Positions 35,901 to 47,358 are shown, counted from the first letter of the stretch. The stretch: 64,000 bases of DNA from Clostridia bacterium (GCA_017513245.1 JAFXGK010000014.1:25197-89196); one strand, 5' to 3'. Translations and numbers: made by a program. The notes: generated by a model from the sequence alone, not told the origin.

Positions 35901-37973
35901 ATGTCAAAACTGGTTATTGTTGAGTCTCCCGGTAAGATAAAGAGTATAAAGAAGTATCTTGGCGCGGGCTATGAAGTAATGGCTTCGGTAGGCCACGTAA
36001 GAGATCTTCCCAAATCCCGTCTCGGCATCGATACCGAGCACGGATTTGCTCCTCAGTATATCAATATGTCGGATAAGAAAGAGCTTATCAAATCGCTCAA
36101 AGCGGCCGCCGCAGAGAGCGAAATGGTTTACCTCGCGACCGACCCGGACCGCGAGGGAGAAGCAATTTCTTGGCACTTAGCGCAGATTTTAGGCCTCGAT
36201 ATGAGCGAAGAAAACCGCGTTGCCTTTAATGAAATAACCGAAAGCGGCGTAAAGGCCGGTATGAGCAAGCCGAGAAAGATAAACCTCGACCTTGTTGATG
36301 CTCAGCAGGCACGTCGCGTGCTTGACCGTCTGGTTGGCTATAAGATCAGCCCCTTCCTTTGGAAAAAGGTAAAGAGCGGTCTTTCGGCAGGTCGTGTGCA
36401 GTCGGTGGCGCTCCGTCTTATTGTTGACCGCGAAAAGGAAATCGAAGCCTTTAACCCGCAGGAGTATTGGACCATCGATGCCAAACTTCAGAGCGGACGT
36501 AAATCCTTCGCTTCCTACCTTTACGGCACCGCAGACGGCGTAAAAACCGAAATTGACTGTGAAGCTGATGCTCTTCGCATCGTAAACGAGCTTGACGGTG
36601 CAGAATATATCGTTGAAAACGTAAAGACAGGTATCCGCAACAAGCAGCCTGCCCCTCCGTTTACAACCTCCACAATGCAGCAGGAAGCCTCGCGTAAGCT
36701 TGGCTTCGGCGGTCAGCGCACCATGAAGATTGCGCAACAGCTTTATGAAGGTGTTGAGATTCCCGGATTGGGCGTAACCGGTCTTATTACCTATATGCGT
36801 ACCGACTCTCTCCGCATTTCCGAAGAGGCTCGCGCAGCAACCGGTAAGTATATCGTTTCTCGCTTCGGCGAAAAATACCTTCCGAAAAAGCCCCGCTATT
36901 TCAAAACCAAGGCAGGCGCTCAGGATGCCCACGAGGCTATCCGTCCCACCAACGTAAACCTCGACCCCGAGCAGATAAAGGGCTCGCTTTCTTCCGAGCA
37001 GTATAAGCTTTATAAGCTCATTTGGGAGCGTTTCGTTGCCAGCCTTATGTCTGCCTGCGTTCAGGATACCGTTGTCGTTGATATCGTTGCGGGCAACTAT
37101 CTCTTTAAGTCCAGCGGCTACAGCATAAAGTTTGACGGCTTTACCGTGCTTTACGAAGAGGGCAAGGACGAAAAGGATGAAGAACTTTGCGTTCTTCCTC
37201 CGATGAGCAAGGGCGACCTGCTTAAGCTTAAGTCGCTTGAGCCTAATCAGCACTTTACTCAGCCGCCCCAGCGCTATACCGAGCCTACCCTTATCAAGGC
37301 GCTTGAGGAAAACGGTATCGGCCGTCCCTCTACCTACGCTCCGATTATCGCAAACATCTCCAACCGCGAGTATATCGAGCGTGAGAAGAAGTCCTTAAAG
37401 CCGACAGCCCTCGGTACCGTCGTAACCGAACTTATGAAGGAGCACTTTAAGAAGATTGCCGACATTAAGTTTACCGCGGGTATGGAAACCAACCTCGATA
37501 AGATTGAAATCGGCTCCCTTAACTGGACAGACGTTCTCTCTGATTTCTACGGCGATTTTGAAACAATGCTCAAAAAGGCCGAGCAGAGTATGGACGGTGT
37601 TCGCGTAAAGGTTCCCGCCGTGGAAACCGAAATCCTTTGCGACAAGTGCGGCCGTAAAATGGTTGTAAAGAGCAGCCGTTTCGGTAAGTTCTTGGCCTGC
37701 CCGGGTTACCCCGAGTGCAAGAACACCAAGCCGATGCCCGAGGATGAGATTAAGCAGCCCTGCCCCAAGTGCGGTGCAAAGCTTGTAAAGCGTGTAAAGA
37801 GGGGAACAAACAAAACCTTCTACGGCTGCAGCAACTATCCTACCTGTGATTTTGCAGCCCCCGGCATTCCTACCGGTGATATCTGCCCCGAGTGCGGCGG
37901 TTATATCTTAAAGGGATTTAAGGGCAGAAAATACTGTATGAACGGTGACTGCTCTTCCAGAAAGAAAAAGTAA
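35901..37973 (+). CDS. topA: DNA topoisomerase I
   Basis: [33 protein letters not shown], active-site region ITYMRTDS, and C-terminal Cys4 zinc ribbons. The ATG at 35901 lies 7 nt after AAGGAG. Confidence 0.95.
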   Translation: MSKLVIVESPGKIKSIKKYLGAGYEVMASVGHVRDLPKSRLGIDTEHGFAPQYINMSDKKELIKSLKAAAAESEMVYLATDPDREGEAISWHLAQILGLDMSEENRVAFNEITESGVKAGMSKPRKINLDLVDAQQARRVLDRLVGYKISPFLWKKVKSGLSAGRVQSVALRLIVDREKEIEAFNPQEYWTIDAKLQSGRKSFASYLYGTADGVKTEIDCEADALRIVNELDGAEYIVENVKTGIRNKQPAPPFTTSTMQQEASRKLGFGGQRTMKIAQQLYEGVEIPGLGVTGLITYMRTDSLRISEEARAATGKYIVSRFGEKYLPKKPRYFKTKAGAQDAHEAIRPTNVNLDPEQIKGSLSSEQYKLYKLIWERFVASLMSACVQDTVVVDIVAGNYLFKSSGYSIKFDGFTVLYEEGKDEKDEELCVLPPMSKGDLLKLKSLEPNQHFTQPPQRYTEPTLIKALEENGIGRPSTYAPIIANISNREYIEREKKSLKPTALGTVVTELMKEHFKKIADIKFTAGMETNLDKIEIGSLNWTDVLSDFYGDFETMLKKAEQSMDGVRVKVPAVETEILCDKCGRKMVVKSSRFGKFLACPGYPECKNTKPMPEDEIKQPCPKCGAKLVKRVKRGTNKTFYGCSNYPTCDFAAPGIPTGDICPECGGYILKGFKGRKYCMNGDCSSRKKK

Positions 37974-37974
37974 A

Positions 37975-39276
37975 ATGAACAAAATAAACGTTTTAGGCGC
38001 CGGTCTCGCAGGTTGTGAGGCCGCGCTTCAAATAGCTTCACGCGGAATTTTCGTTGACCTTTACGAAATGAAGCCGGTTAAGCGTTCTCCCGCCCACAGC
38101 AGTGACGGCTTTGCCGAGCTGGTGTGTTCGAATTCGCTTAAAGCCGAGCGCGTTGATTCCGCGGCAGGTCTATTGAAGACCGAAATGCGCCGTTTTTCCT
38201 CCGTTTGTATGGAGGCGGCCGATACCTGCAAGGTGCCGGCAGGCGGAGCACTGGCGGTTGACCGTGAGCTTTTCTCCGAGTACATCACCGCTAAAATCAA
38301 AAGCCATCCGTATATTAACGTTATCGAGCAGGTGGTAGAGAATATCCCCGAGGGTATTACCGTTGTTGCCACCGGCCCCTTGACCGACGGTGCCTTGGCC
38401 GAAAGCATAAAACGCCGCTTAAAGAGCGAGCATTTAAGCTTTTTTGACGCCGCAGCGCCCATAGTTTCGGCTGATAGCGTTGATATGTCGGTAGCCTTTA
38501 CCGCATCGCGTTACGACAAGGGCGATGCCGATTACATAAATTGTCCGATGAACCGTGAGGAATACGAGCGCTTCCACAGCGAGCTTATCGCGGCCGAAAG
38601 CGCACCGCTTAAGGATTTTGACCGTCCTTTTACGGTTTACGAGGGTTGTATGCCGATTGAGGTTTTGGCAAAACGCGGTGAGGATTCTATCCGATTCGGT
38701 CCGCTTAAACCCGTAGGACTTCGCGACCCGAGAACAGGCCACCGCCCCTGGGCTGTGGTACAGCTTCGCAAGGAAAACACCGAGGGCACCATGTATAACC
38801 TCGTCGGTTTTCAAACCAACTTAAAGTTTCCCGAGCAGAAAAGAGTGTTTTCGCTCATTCCCGGACTCGAAAATGCCGAATTCCTGCGTTTTGGTGTAAT
38901 GCATCGTAATACCTTTATCGATTCTCCGCGATTGCTTTCTAAAACAATGTCGCTGAGAGAGGACGGAAACGTCTTCTTTGCAGGCCAAATAACCGGTGTA
39001 GAAGGTTATATGGAATCGGCGGCAAGCGGCATTTTGGCAGGTTATAACGCGGCCGCGCTCTTGGAGGGAAGAGAACCCGTTATCCTGCCCGATTTTACAA
39101 TGATGGGCGCACTTATATCCTACATATGTGATGAATCGGTTAAGGATTTTCAGCCTATGGGCGCAAATTTCGGTGTTTTACCGCCTCTTGAAGAAAAAAT
39201 CAGGGATAAGCGCGAGCGTTATGCAGCGCTGTCCAAGCGTTCGCTGGACTGGTTTGACAGTAATATAAGGGAGTAA
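37975..39276 (+). CDS. trmFO: methylenetetrahydrofolate--tRNA-(uracil54-C5)-methyltransferase
   Basis: FAD motif [14 protein letters not shown]; conserved position after topA. Confidence 0.93.
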   Translation: MNKINVLGAGLAGCEAALQIASRGIFVDLYEMKPVKRSPAHSSDGFAELVCSNSLKAERVDSAAGLLKTEMRRFSSVCMEAADTCKVPAGGALAVDRELFSEYITAKIKSHPYINVIEQVVENIPEGITVVATGPLTDGALAESIKRRLKSEHLSFFDAAAPIVSADSVDMSVAFTASRYDKGDADYINCPMNREEYERFHSELIAAESAPLKDFDRPFTVYEGCMPIEVLAKRGEDSIRFGPLKPVGLRDPRTGHRPWAVVQLRKENTEGTMYNLVGFQTNLKFPEQKRVFSLIPGLENAEFLRFGVMHRNTFIDSPRLLSKTMSLREDGNVFFAGQITGVEGYMESAASGILAGYNAAALLEGREPVILPDFTMMGALISYICDESVKDFQPMGANFGVLPPLEEKIRDKRERYAALSKRSLDWFDSNIRE

Positions 39277-39280
39277 AAAG

Positions 39281-40270
39281 ATGAAAATAGCTATAGATGC
39301 TTTCGGTGGCGATAATGCGCCGCTCGAAATAATAAAAGGAGCCCGACTCGGCGCCGATGAATACGGTGTTACTCCTATTCTCGTAGGTGACGAGGAAATA
39401 ATTAAAAAGTGCGCGGCAGAGAACTCTGTTTCGCTCGACGGAATGGAGCTCGTCCACGCACCCGACGTAATATCGATGCACGATGAGCCCACCTCTATTT
39501 TACGTGCGAAGAAGGACTGCTCTATGGCGGTTGCATTCCGTCTTTTGGCTGACGGCGAGGCTGATGCCTTCGTTTCGGCAGGCAGCACCGGCGCAGTAGT
39601 GGTAGGCGGCACGCTTATCGTTAAACGTATAAAGGGCGTTAAGCGAGTAGCCCTTGCGAGTATGATTCCGGGCCTTAAGGCACCGTTTTTAATGCTTGAT
39701 ATCGGCGCAAACGCCGACACTCGCCCCGAAATGCTCGCCCAGTACGGACTTATGGCAAGCGTATACCTTGAGAAGGTTGAGGGCAGGGAAAACCCCACCG
39801 TCGGTCTGCTTAACATAGGCACCGAGGAAACCAAGGGCGACGAGCTTCATCTTGCGGCATACGATTTGCTGCAGAAGGCTCCCATCAACTTTATCGGTAA
39901 TATCGAATCGCGCGAAATTATGAAGGGCGAATGCGATGCCGTCGTAACCGATGGCTTTACCGGTAACATTGCTCTAAAGCTTATTGAGGGTGTTTTCTCA
40001 TCGATGTTTAAGCTTTTAAAGGGCGTATTTTATAAGAATTTAAAAACCAAGCTTGCTGCCTTAACGCTCAAAAAAGGCATGATGGGCGTTAAAAAGATGG
40101 CCGACTCCGAAGAGGTAGGCGGCGCACCGTTGCTCGGTTGCTCCAAGCCTGTAATCAAGGCGCACGGCAACTCTAAGGCAATGGCCATCAAAAATGCTAT
40201 ACATCAGGCTATGCTTTATACCGAAAAGGACGTTATTGGTCAGATTAGCGAAGGCCTTAGCAAAATGTAA
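39281..40270 (+). CDS. plsX: phosphate acyltransferase PlsX
   Basis: MKIAIDAFGGDNAP N-terminus and GFTGNIALK motif. Confidence 0.95.
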   Translation: MKIAIDAFGGDNAPLEIIKGARLGADEYGVTPILVGDEEIIKKCAAENSVSLDGMELVHAPDVISMHDEPTSILRAKKDCSMAVAFRLLADGEADAFVSAGSTGAVVVGGTLIVKRIKGVKRVALASMIPGLKAPFLMLDIGANADTRPEMLAQYGLMASVYLEKVEGRENPTVGLLNIGTEETKGDELHLAAYDLLQKAPINFIGNIESREIMKGECDAVVTDGFTGNIALKLIEGVFSSMFKLLKGVFYKNLKTKLAALTLKKGMMGVKKMADSEEVGGAPLLGCSKPVIKAHGNSKAMAIKNAIHQAMLYTEKDVIGQISEGLSKM

Positions 40271-40281
40271 GGGGAATTCCT

Positions 40282-40962
40282 ATGCGTGAATTGGAAAATA
40301 AAATTGGATATAGCTTTAAGGACAAGTCTTTGCTCCGTCTTGCATTGACTCACTCTTCCTATGCCAATGAAAACGGAAACCCCGCTCACTGCAACGAGCG
40401 ACTTGAATTTTTGGGCGATTCCGTGCTTTCCATCATTGTATCCGAGTATATTTTTGCAAAGTTTAAAAATAGTCTTGAGGGCGATCTTACCAAACTGCGT
40501 GCATCGCTGGTTTGCGAAAAATCGCTGTGCGAGTTTTCAAAGGAACTCGGTATAGGTGACCATATTCTTCTCGGCAGAGGAGAAGAACAAAACGGTGGCC
40601 GTCAGCGTCCTTCAATTCTTGCCGATGCATTTGAGGCTGTGCTGGCCGCAATATATCTCGACGCAGGTATGGAGCAGGCCAAGCAGCACGTTCTTCGCTT
40701 TATAACCGAAGAACTCAAACACCGCGATAACGAGGTGTTTAAGGACTATAAAACAACGCTGCAAGAGGTTATCCAACGCAATCGCGAGGAGCAGTTGACC
40801 TACGTATTGACCGATGAAAGCGGCCCCGACCATAACAAGAGTTTTACGGTTGAGGTGCGTCTTAACTCTAACGTAATCGGCGTAGGCACCGGCCGCAGCA
40901 AGAAGCAGGCAGAGCAGTCTGCCGCCAAGCAGGCCCTCGCTTTAATGGGTATTGAGGAATGA
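40282..40962 (+). CDS. rnc: ribonuclease III
   Basis: The NERLEFLGDSVL catalytic signature and a C-terminal dsRBD (GRSKKQAEQSAAKQAL). Confidence 0.95.
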   Translation: MRELENKIGYSFKDKSLLRLALTHSSYANENGNPAHCNERLEFLGDSVLSIIVSEYIFAKFKNSLEGDLTKLRASLVCEKSLCEFSKELGIGDHILLGRGEEQNGGRQRPSILADAFEAVLAAIYLDAGMEQAKQHVLRFITEELKHRDNEVFKDYKTTLQEVIQRNREEQLTYVLTDESGPDHNKSFTVEVRLNSNVIGVGTGRSKKQAEQSAAKQALALMGIEE

Positions 40963-41954
40963 GCGTAAAACACTCCAACATCTCTATCTTTGTGCCGCAT
41001 CTCGGTTGTCCAAATATGTGCAGTTTTTGCAATCAGCACTATATTGCGCGCACTGAAAAAGTACCCACCGAGCAAGATATAATAAACGCTGTAGAAATTG
41101 CAAAAAGCAGTAAAAACTATAACCCGTCCACCACCGAAATTGCATTTTTCGGCGGCAGTTTTACGGCTATTGAACGGGATATGATGATATCGTTGCTCGA
41201 ATGGGCAAATCCCTTTGTAGCGGATGGTACGGTGTGCGGCATTCGCATATCAACCCGACCCGACGCCATTGATGAAGAGGTGCTCGATATCCTTGCCCGT
41301 TACGGCGTAAAAACAATCGAACTGGGCGCTCAGAGCATGTGTGACCGCGTGCTCACACTTAATGATAGGGGACATAGTGCCGAGGACGTTATTAATGCTT
41401 CGATTCTTATTAAGCAGAAGGGCTTTTTACTGGGCCTTCAGATGATGACCGGTCTTTACGGTTCTTCAGCCGCCGACGATATAAAAACAGCCGAGCAGAT
41501 AATTAAACTATCGCCCGACTGTGTTCGTATTTATCCCACTATAGTGCTTAAAAACACTCGTCTTGCCGATTTGGTAGGTAAGGGAGAATACGAACCGCAA
41601 ACGGTTGACGAGGCAGTAAGACTTTGCACAAGGCTTAAATCTATGTTTGACGAGGCGTGCGTGCCGGTTATCCGACTCGGTCTTCATACCATCGACGAAA
41701 CCGCGTATATAGCGGGCCCGTGGCATCCCGCGTTTAGAGAGCTGTGCGATGCCGAAGAGTTTAAAAACAAAATATCCCGAGGCCTTAAGGAAAAAGGCTG
41801 CTACGAGGTTTTTGTAAATCCTCGCGACCTTTCCAAGGCAAAGGGTCAGTCAAAATCCAATATAGATTATTTCAGTAAAATAGGTTATAATATTAAGATA
41901 ATCGCAAACGATGATATTAAAATAAACGACGTATTAATTAAAGGGTGTGAATAA
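40959..41954 (+). CDS. radical SAM protein, ELP3-like core, function unknown
   Basis: The IFVPHLGCPNMCSFCNQ CX4CX2C cluster lies at the extreme N-terminus. A 4-bp overlap with rnc suggests translational coupling. Confidence 0.8.
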   Translation: MSVKHSNISIFVPHLGCPNMCSFCNQHYIARTEKVPTEQDIINAVEIAKSSKNYNPSTTEIAFFGGSFTAIERDMMISLLEWANPFVADGTVCGIRISTRPDAIDEEVLDILARYGVKTIELGAQSMCDRVLTLNDRGHSAEDVINASILIKQKGFLLGLQMMTGLYGSSAADDIKTAEQIIKLSPDCVRIYPTIVLKNTRLADLVGKGEYEPQTVDEAVRLCTRLKSMFDEACVPVIRLGLHTIDETAYIAGPWHPAFRELCDAEEFKNKISRGLKEKGCYEVFVNPRDLSKAKGQSKSNIDYFSKIGYNIKIIANDDIKINDVLIKGCE

Positions 41955-41957
41955 AAA

Positions 41958-44900
41958 GTGCTGTTGCGTTCCATTGAAATCCAGGGATTCAAGTCTTTCG
42001 CAGACAAAACAACACTTAAATTCGGAAGAGGCATAACTGCCGTTGTAGGACCAAACGGAAGCGGAAAAAGTAACATTTCCGATGCCGTTCGTTGGGTTTT
42101 GGGCGAGCAGTCTACCAAAAATCTTCGCGGCCAGTCTATGGAGGACGTTATCTTCGGCGGCACAGCTGACCGTCGTCCGCACGGATACTGCGAGGTTACC
42201 TTGGTAATTGACAATTCCGACCGCAGTTTAAACTTTGATAACGACACGGTGGCAATAACCCGCCGTTATTACCGCTCGCACGAGAGTGAATATCTTATTA
42301 ACAACGTATCGGTACGTCTGCGTGACGTTAACGAGCTGTTTATGGATACCGGTCTCGGACGCGACGGATATTCGATGATAGGTCAGGGTAAGATTGACAC
42401 CATCATCAGTTCCAAATCGCACGAGCGCAGAGATATTTTTGAAGAAGCTTCGGGAATATCAAAATACCGCTACCGCAAGTTGGAGGCCGAGCGCAAGCTC
42501 GCAGCCGCCGACGATAATATGGTGCGTCTGCGCGATATTTTAGGTGAACTTGAGGGCCGTGTCGGCCCGCTCGAGGAACAGTCCAAAAAGGCTGAAAAAT
42601 TCTTGAAGTTTGCCGCCGAGCGCAAGGAACTTGAAATAGGCCTTTGGATGCATACCCTTAATAATTCCAAGGATTCTATCCGCAATCAGGAGAGCAAAAT
42701 CGCCGTTGCCGAGGCACAGTATTCCGATGCCGACAATCAGTTAAGGCAGATGGAGGCAGACCTCGAGGGCAACTCCGAGGGCTTTGCAAAACTCACCTCG
42801 GATATCGATAATATGCGCGCACGCGCAGCCTTCTTCGAGGAACAGGCGGTAGCCCTTTCGGGTAACATTGCAGTTTTGGAAAATACAATTGCCCACAATA
42901 AGGAAACCATTGCCCGAATTGAAGAGGAAATCGCAAACATAGCCGACAGCGACGCTTCTGCTACAGAGGAAATTGCAAAGAAAAACGAAGAGATTGCCGA
43001 AAAGCAGGCAAGAATATCCGCGCTTGAACTTAAGGTTGCCGAAACCGGTGAACAGCTAAGCAACCTTTTAAGTGACAGTGAAAGCATCTCTAAAAACATC
43101 GAAGACCTTTCAAAATCTCTTAACGAGCTTATGGCTAAGGGCTCCGATGAGCGAGTAAAAATGGTTACCGCTCAGTCGTCCATAGACGAAATCGGCAACC
43201 GTGCCGCCGTAATCGATGAGGTTTTGGCAGAAAAGTTGGCTGAAATCAAGGCTCTTAATGAGGAACTTGATGAAACAAATAAACTGCTTGATGAGATTGA
43301 AGACAACATCTCGTCCTGCAATAATTCGATAAAGGGCTACGAACTTCGCAAGGAGGCCCGCAAGGAAACAGTTGATAAGCTTAAGGCCGATATCGACGAA
43401 ACCACCCTTGAAATCGAAAGTAAACTACATAAAATTCAGGTGCTTGAAGATCTCGAAAAGAATATGGAGGGCTTCAATCACTCGGTTAAAAAGGTTATGT
43501 CGGATGCCGAAAAGGGTCTCCTTCGCGGAATATACGGTCCCGTTTCACGCATCATAAACGTTGACAGCGAATACGCCGTGGCAATCGAGGTTGCTCTCGG
43601 AAACGCAATGCAGAATATCGTAACCGAAACCGATGCCGATGCAAAGCGCGCTATCGAAATGCTTAAGAAGGGCAATCACGGCCGCGCAACCTTCCTGCCC
43701 GTAGCCACCATGAGGGCAAAGAAGTATGAAACCGAGGAGGCGGAAAAGCACTTCGGCTTTATCGGCGTGGCAAGCGACCTCGTAAAGTGTGACGATAAGT
43801 ATCGCGAAATAATCAAATACCTGCTTGGCGGAACAATAGTAGCTGACGACCTTGACTCTGCTGCCACTATCGCCAAAAAGACGGGCTATAAGCTTAAGGT
43901 GGTATCGCTTGACGGTCAGGTTGTTAACCCGGGCGGAAGCCTTACGGGCGGTAGCCTTTCCAAGCAGGCCGGTATACTCAGCCGCAGCGGCGAAATCGAA
44001 AAGCTTAAGACCGCAAAAGAAAAACTTGAAGAAAAGTTTGAAAAACTGACGGTCGACCATACGGCAGCCGCGCAGGAGCTTGCCGCCGTTGAGGCCGATA
44101 TCGTTGCCGCAAACGCCGTTCTCACCACCGCAAACGAGGATAAGATTCGTGCTCTGGCCGAACTTCGCCGTATAAGCGAACTTAAAAACTCTGCGCAGGC
44201 AGCATATGATGCCGCTGCCGATGAAAAGCAGAACTCTGCAGCCAAGGTTGCTGAGCATACTGCCGCTATCGAGCAGTGCAACACAGCGATTGCCGAAATC
44301 GAAGAGCAGAAGGCCGCTATTCAGGCAGAAATCGATTCTAAGACCGGCGGACGTGACGACCTCGCAGCAAACCGCGAGCGCGTTGCAAATATGCTTACCG
44401 AATATCGCCTTAACATCGTAGAGATTGAAAAGGATATAGAAAACCTTAAATCGGTTAAGCAGTCGCTCGAAACCGCGGTAGGTAACCGCCTTGAGCGCGG
44501 CAACATACTTGCCGCCGAAAAGGACGAACTGCTTACAAAGAATACCGAACTGGGCGAACAAATCGAAAAGATAAAGAGCGATATCGAGGCTCTGCGTCAG
44601 AGCAAGACCGACGCTGAGGCCGAGACCGAAGCTCTCATAAACGCACGCAGCGAAATGGAAAAGAACTCGCACGATATGCGTGTTCGCGAGCGTGAGATTT
44701 TAGAGCAGAAGGAAACCCTAAGTGGTGAACTCGCCCGACTTAACGAGCGCCGTGAATCTATGCTTCGCGAGCTGGATGACGTTGTTAAACGCCTTTATGA
44801 CGAATATCAGCTTACCCGTACCGAGGCTGAGGAGATGGGCATCGTAATAGAAAACGTTACCGAGGCCAAAAAGACGTTGGCTGAGCTCAAATCCAAGATT

Positions 44901-45527
44901 CGCTCGCTTGGTCACGTTAACGTTGCCGCTATTGATGAATATAAGGAAGTAAGCGAAAGATACAATTTCTTGTCCGAGCAGGTTGCCGACGTTGAACGTT
45001 CGCGTGCCGAGCTCAATAAGCTTATTGCGCAGCTTACCGGCCAGATGCAGGAACTCTTTACCGAAGGCTTTGAAAAAATTAGTTCTACCTTCAGCAAAAC
45101 CTTTAAAGAACTGTTTGGCGGCGGTCAGGCAGAACTTTCCTTAAGCGACCCGACAAATATTCTCGAAAGCGGAATTGATATTAACGTTAAGCTTCCCGGC
45201 AAGAACGTTCCCAGTCTTGACGGTCTTTCGGGCGGTGAGAAAGCGCTTATCGCACTTTCTATCTACTTCTCAATCATGCGCGTAAACGCACCTCCGTTCT
45301 GTTTCTTGGACGAGGTTGATACCGCACTCGACGATATTAACGTTGATCGCGTTGCCGACTATATGAGCCGTGCCGACTTTAATACTCAGTTTATCTGCAT
45401 TACCCACCGTCGCGGAACGATGGAGGCGGCCGATATGCTCTACGGCGTAACCATGCAGGAAAAGGGTATTACCAAGCTGCTTGAGCTTAACGTATCCGAA
45501 CTTGAGAAGAAAATGAACTTAAACTAA
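41958..45527 (+). CDS. smc: chromosome segregation protein SMC
   Basis: Walker A GPNGSGKSN, long coiled coils, a hinge, the LSGGEK signature and Walker B FCFLDEVD. GTG start. Confidence 0.95.
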   Translation: MLLRSIEIQGFKSFADKTTLKFGRGITAVVGPNGSGKSNISDAVRWVLGEQSTKNLRGQSMEDVIFGGTADRRPHGYCEVTLVIDNSDRSLNFDNDTVAITRRYYRSHESEYLINNVSVRLRDVNELFMDTGLGRDGYSMIGQGKIDTIISSKSHERRDIFEEASGISKYRYRKLEAERKLAAADDNMVRLRDILGELEGRVGPLEEQSKKAEKFLKFAAERKELEIGLWMHTLNNSKDSIRNQESKIAVAEAQYSDADNQLRQMEADLEGNSEGFAKLTSDIDNMRARAAFFEEQAVALSGNIAVLENTIAHNKETIARIEEEIANIADSDASATEEIAKKNEEIAEKQARISALELKVAETGEQLSNLLSDSESISKNIEDLSKSLNELMAKGSDERVKMVTAQSSIDEIGNRAAVIDEVLAEKLAEIKALNEELDETNKLLDEIEDNISSCNNSIKGYELRKEARKETVDKLKADIDETTLEIESKLHKIQVLEDLEKNMEGFNHSVKKVMSDAEKGLLRGIYGPVSRIINVDSEYAVAIEVALGNAMQNIVTETDADAKRAIEMLKKGNHGRATFLPVATMRAKKYETEEAEKHFGFIGVASDLVKCDDKYREIIKYLLGGTIVADDLDSAATIAKKTGYKLKVVSLDGQVVNPGGSLTGGSLSKQAGILSRSGEIEKLKTAKEKLEEKFEKLTVDHTAAAQELAAVEADIVAANAVLTTANEDKIRALAELRRISELKNSAQAAYDAAADEKQNSAAKVAEHTAAIEQCNTAIAEIEEQKAAIQAEIDSKTGGRDDLAANRERVANMLTEYRLNIVEIEKDIENLKSVKQSLETAVGNRLERGNILAAEKDELLTKNTELGEQIEKIKSDIEALRQSKTDAEAETEALINARSEMEKNSHDMRVREREILEQKETLSGELARLNERRESMLRELDDVVKRLYDEYQLTRTEAEEMGIVIENVTEAKKTLAELKSKIRSLGHVNVAAIDEYKEVSERYNFLSEQVADVERSRAELNKLIAQLTGQMQELFTEGFEKISSTFSKTFKELFGGGQAELSLSDPTNILESGIDINVKLPGKNVPSLDGLSGGEKALIALSIYFSIMRVNAPPFCFLDEVDTALDDINVDRVADYMSRADFNTQFICITHRRGTMEAADMLYGVTMQEKGITKLLELNVSELEKKMNLN

Positions 45528-45539
45528 AGAGGTTTATAA

Positions 45540-46460
45540 ATGGGATTTTTCAGCCAAATCAGCGAGGGACTTAAAAAAACTCGCTCCAATATTTCGGGCG
45601 CCGTAAACAACGTCCTTAAAAGTTTCAAAAGAATCGATGAGGACCTTTTTGAAGAACTTGAGGAAATTCTTATCACCTGTGATATCGGCGTTACCACCTC
45701 GACATATATCTGTGATATGTTGCGCGAGCGCGTAAAGGAAGAGCGCATCTCGGACCCCGATGAAATTCGCCGTCTTTTAAAGGAAATAATAAGCGATATG
45801 CTCTCGGGCGATACCGCACTGCACCTCGAAACCTCGCCGTCTATCGTGCTTATGATAGGTGTAAACGGCGTTGGCAAGACCACCACCATCGGCAAGATGG
45901 CGCTGGGCTTTAAAAAGCAGGGTAAAAAGGTGGTGCTTGGCGCCGCCGACACCTTCCGTGCCGCCGCAATCGACCAACTTTCGGTTTGGGCAGAGCGCAG
46001 TGGCGTCGATATGGTTAAAAGCGTTGAGGGAACCGATCCCGCTTCGGTAATTTTCGATACCATCGCTTCGGCGAAGGCCAAGAAAGCCGATATTATCGTA
46101 TGCGATACCGCAGGCCGTCTGCACAATAAGAAAAACCTTATGGACGAGCTTGCAAAAATGAATCGCGTAATAAACCGCGAACTGCCCGATGCCTCGCTCG
46201 AGACACTGCTCGTGCTCGACGCAACAACGGGACAGAACGCAGTAAATCAGGCGCGCGAATTTAAAAACGTTGCAAATATTACCGGTATCGTGCTCACAAA
46301 ACTTGACGGAACTGCTCGCGGCGGCGTAGTACTCGCCATAAATCACGAGCTCGGAATTCCCGTTAAGTTTGTAGGCGTGGGCGAAGGAATAGACGACCTT
46401 CAGCCCTTCGATTCGGTAAAATTTGCCGAAGGTCTTTTTGAAGGCGGTGAGCAGGAATGA
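45540..46460 (+). CDS. ftsY: signal recognition particle receptor FtsY
   Basis: GVNGVGKTTTIGK, DTAGR and TKLDGTARGG motifs. Confidence 0.95.
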   Translation: MGFFSQISEGLKKTRSNISGAVNNVLKSFKRIDEDLFEELEEILITCDIGVTTSTYICDMLRERVKEERISDPDEIRRLLKEIISDMLSGDTALHLETSPSIVLMIGVNGVGKTTTIGKMALGFKKQGKKVVLGAADTFRAAAIDQLSVWAERSGVDMVKSVEGTDPASVIFDTIASAKAKKADIIVCDTAGRLHNKKNLMDELAKMNRVINRELPDASLETLLVLDATTGQNAVNQAREFKNVANITGIVLTKLDGTARGGVVLAINHELGIPVKFVGVGEGIDDLQPFDSVKFAEGLFEGGEQE

Positions 46461-47044
46461 AATTCTTTATAGCAACAAAAAATGCCCACAAGGTAATCGA
46501 GTTTAAACGAATTCTCGAACCGATGGGAATAGAGGTGCTGTGTGAAAGCGACCTGCCTTATAGTCTCCCCGACGTTGAGGAGGACGGTACCACCTTCGAA
46601 GAAAATGCCACCATTAAAGCCGCCTTCGCTTGTGAGAAGACAGGCCTTGTATCACTGGCGGATGACAGTGGCCTTTGTGTTGACGCGTTAGACGGCGCGC
46701 CGGGAATCTTCTCCGCTCGCTACAGCGGTGTCCATGGTGACGATAAAGAAAATAACCGCAAGCTTCTTCGTGAACTCAAGGGAGTGCCATATGAAAAGCG
46801 TACTGCCCGATTTGTATCGGCGGTTGCCTGCGTTTTCCCCGACGGTCGCCGCTTTACCGTAACCGGTAAGTGTGAGGGCCACATTGATTTTGAAGAAAAG
46901 GGCGAAAACGGCTTCGGCTACGACCCGCTCTTTGTTGGCGAAATCGGCTGTTTTGGACTCGCTTCGGGCGAAGAAAAGGATAAAGTAAGTCATCGCGGCA
47001 AGGCGTTAAAGTTGCTTCGCGACGAGCTTAAAAACTATATTTAA
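46457..47044 (+). CDS. rdgB: non-canonical purine NTP pyrophosphatase (RdgB/HAM1)
   Basis: ATKNAHKVIEF, the DDSGLCVDAL...PG.FSARY motif, and FGYDPLF. Confidence 0.9.
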   Translation: MKFFIATKNAHKVIEFKRILEPMGIEVLCESDLPYSLPDVEEDGTTFEENATIKAAFACEKTGLVSLADDSGLCVDALDGAPGIFSARYSGVHGDDKENNRKLLRELKGVPYEKRTARFVSAVACVFPDGRRFTVTGKCEGHIDFEEKGENGFGYDPLFVGEIGCFGLASGEEKDKVSHRGKALKLLRDELKNYI

Positions 47045-47055
47045 GAGGTAAAAAT

Positions 47056-47358
47056 ATGTTAACCGGAAAACAGCGCGCACAGCTTCGTGCGCTTGCAAAC
47101 AGCCTGGAAACAATCTTTCAGGTTGGTAAAAGCGGCATAAACGACCAGCTTATCCGTCAGGTTGATGAAACGCTTGAGGCCCGCGAACTTATAAAACTTC
47201 GCGTGCTCGAAACTTCTCCTCAATCCTCGCGTGAGGCTGCCGATATCATCGCCGCCGAAACGGGAGCCGACGTAGTTCAGGTAATCGGCTCGCGCTTTGT
47301 GCTTTATCGTGAAAGCAAGGAGCACAAAAAAATCGTTTTGGTAAAGAAGAATGGATAG
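47056..47358 (+). CDS. yhbY: ribosome assembly RNA-binding protein YhbY (CRM domain)
   Basis: LTGKQRAQLRALAN...FQVGKSGI...LIKLRVL pattern; 100 aa. Confidence 0.85.
   Translation: MLTGKQRAQLRALANSLETIFQVGKSGINDQLIRQVDETLEARELIKLRVLETSPQSSREAADIIAAETGADVVQVIGSRFVLYRESKEHKKIVLVKKNG

Noticed and set aside
40271-40281. Apparent absence of fabD-fabG-acpP between plsX and rnc, which could be a deletion or misassembly.
   Set aside because: The plsX stop and rnc start are separated by an intact 11-bp spacer with an RBS (GGGGAA), and both genes are full length. Gene order in this region varies among Firmicutes, so this is natural variation rather than an anomaly.
43545-44672. Long antisense ORFs inside strongly conserved genes. 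Examples are the 375-aa ORF opposite smc, 36189-37253 opposite topA, 6396-7460 and 8752-9762 opposite the kinase and GRE, 11976-12971 opposite the SGNH gene, 25084-25851 opposite ftsH and 49607-50179 opposite leuS.
   Set aside because: Each lies entirely within, and antisense to, a gene with unmistakable conserved motifs. They lack RBSs and have low-complexity, Arg/Leu/Val-biased translations typical of the shadow frame of GC-balanced genes.
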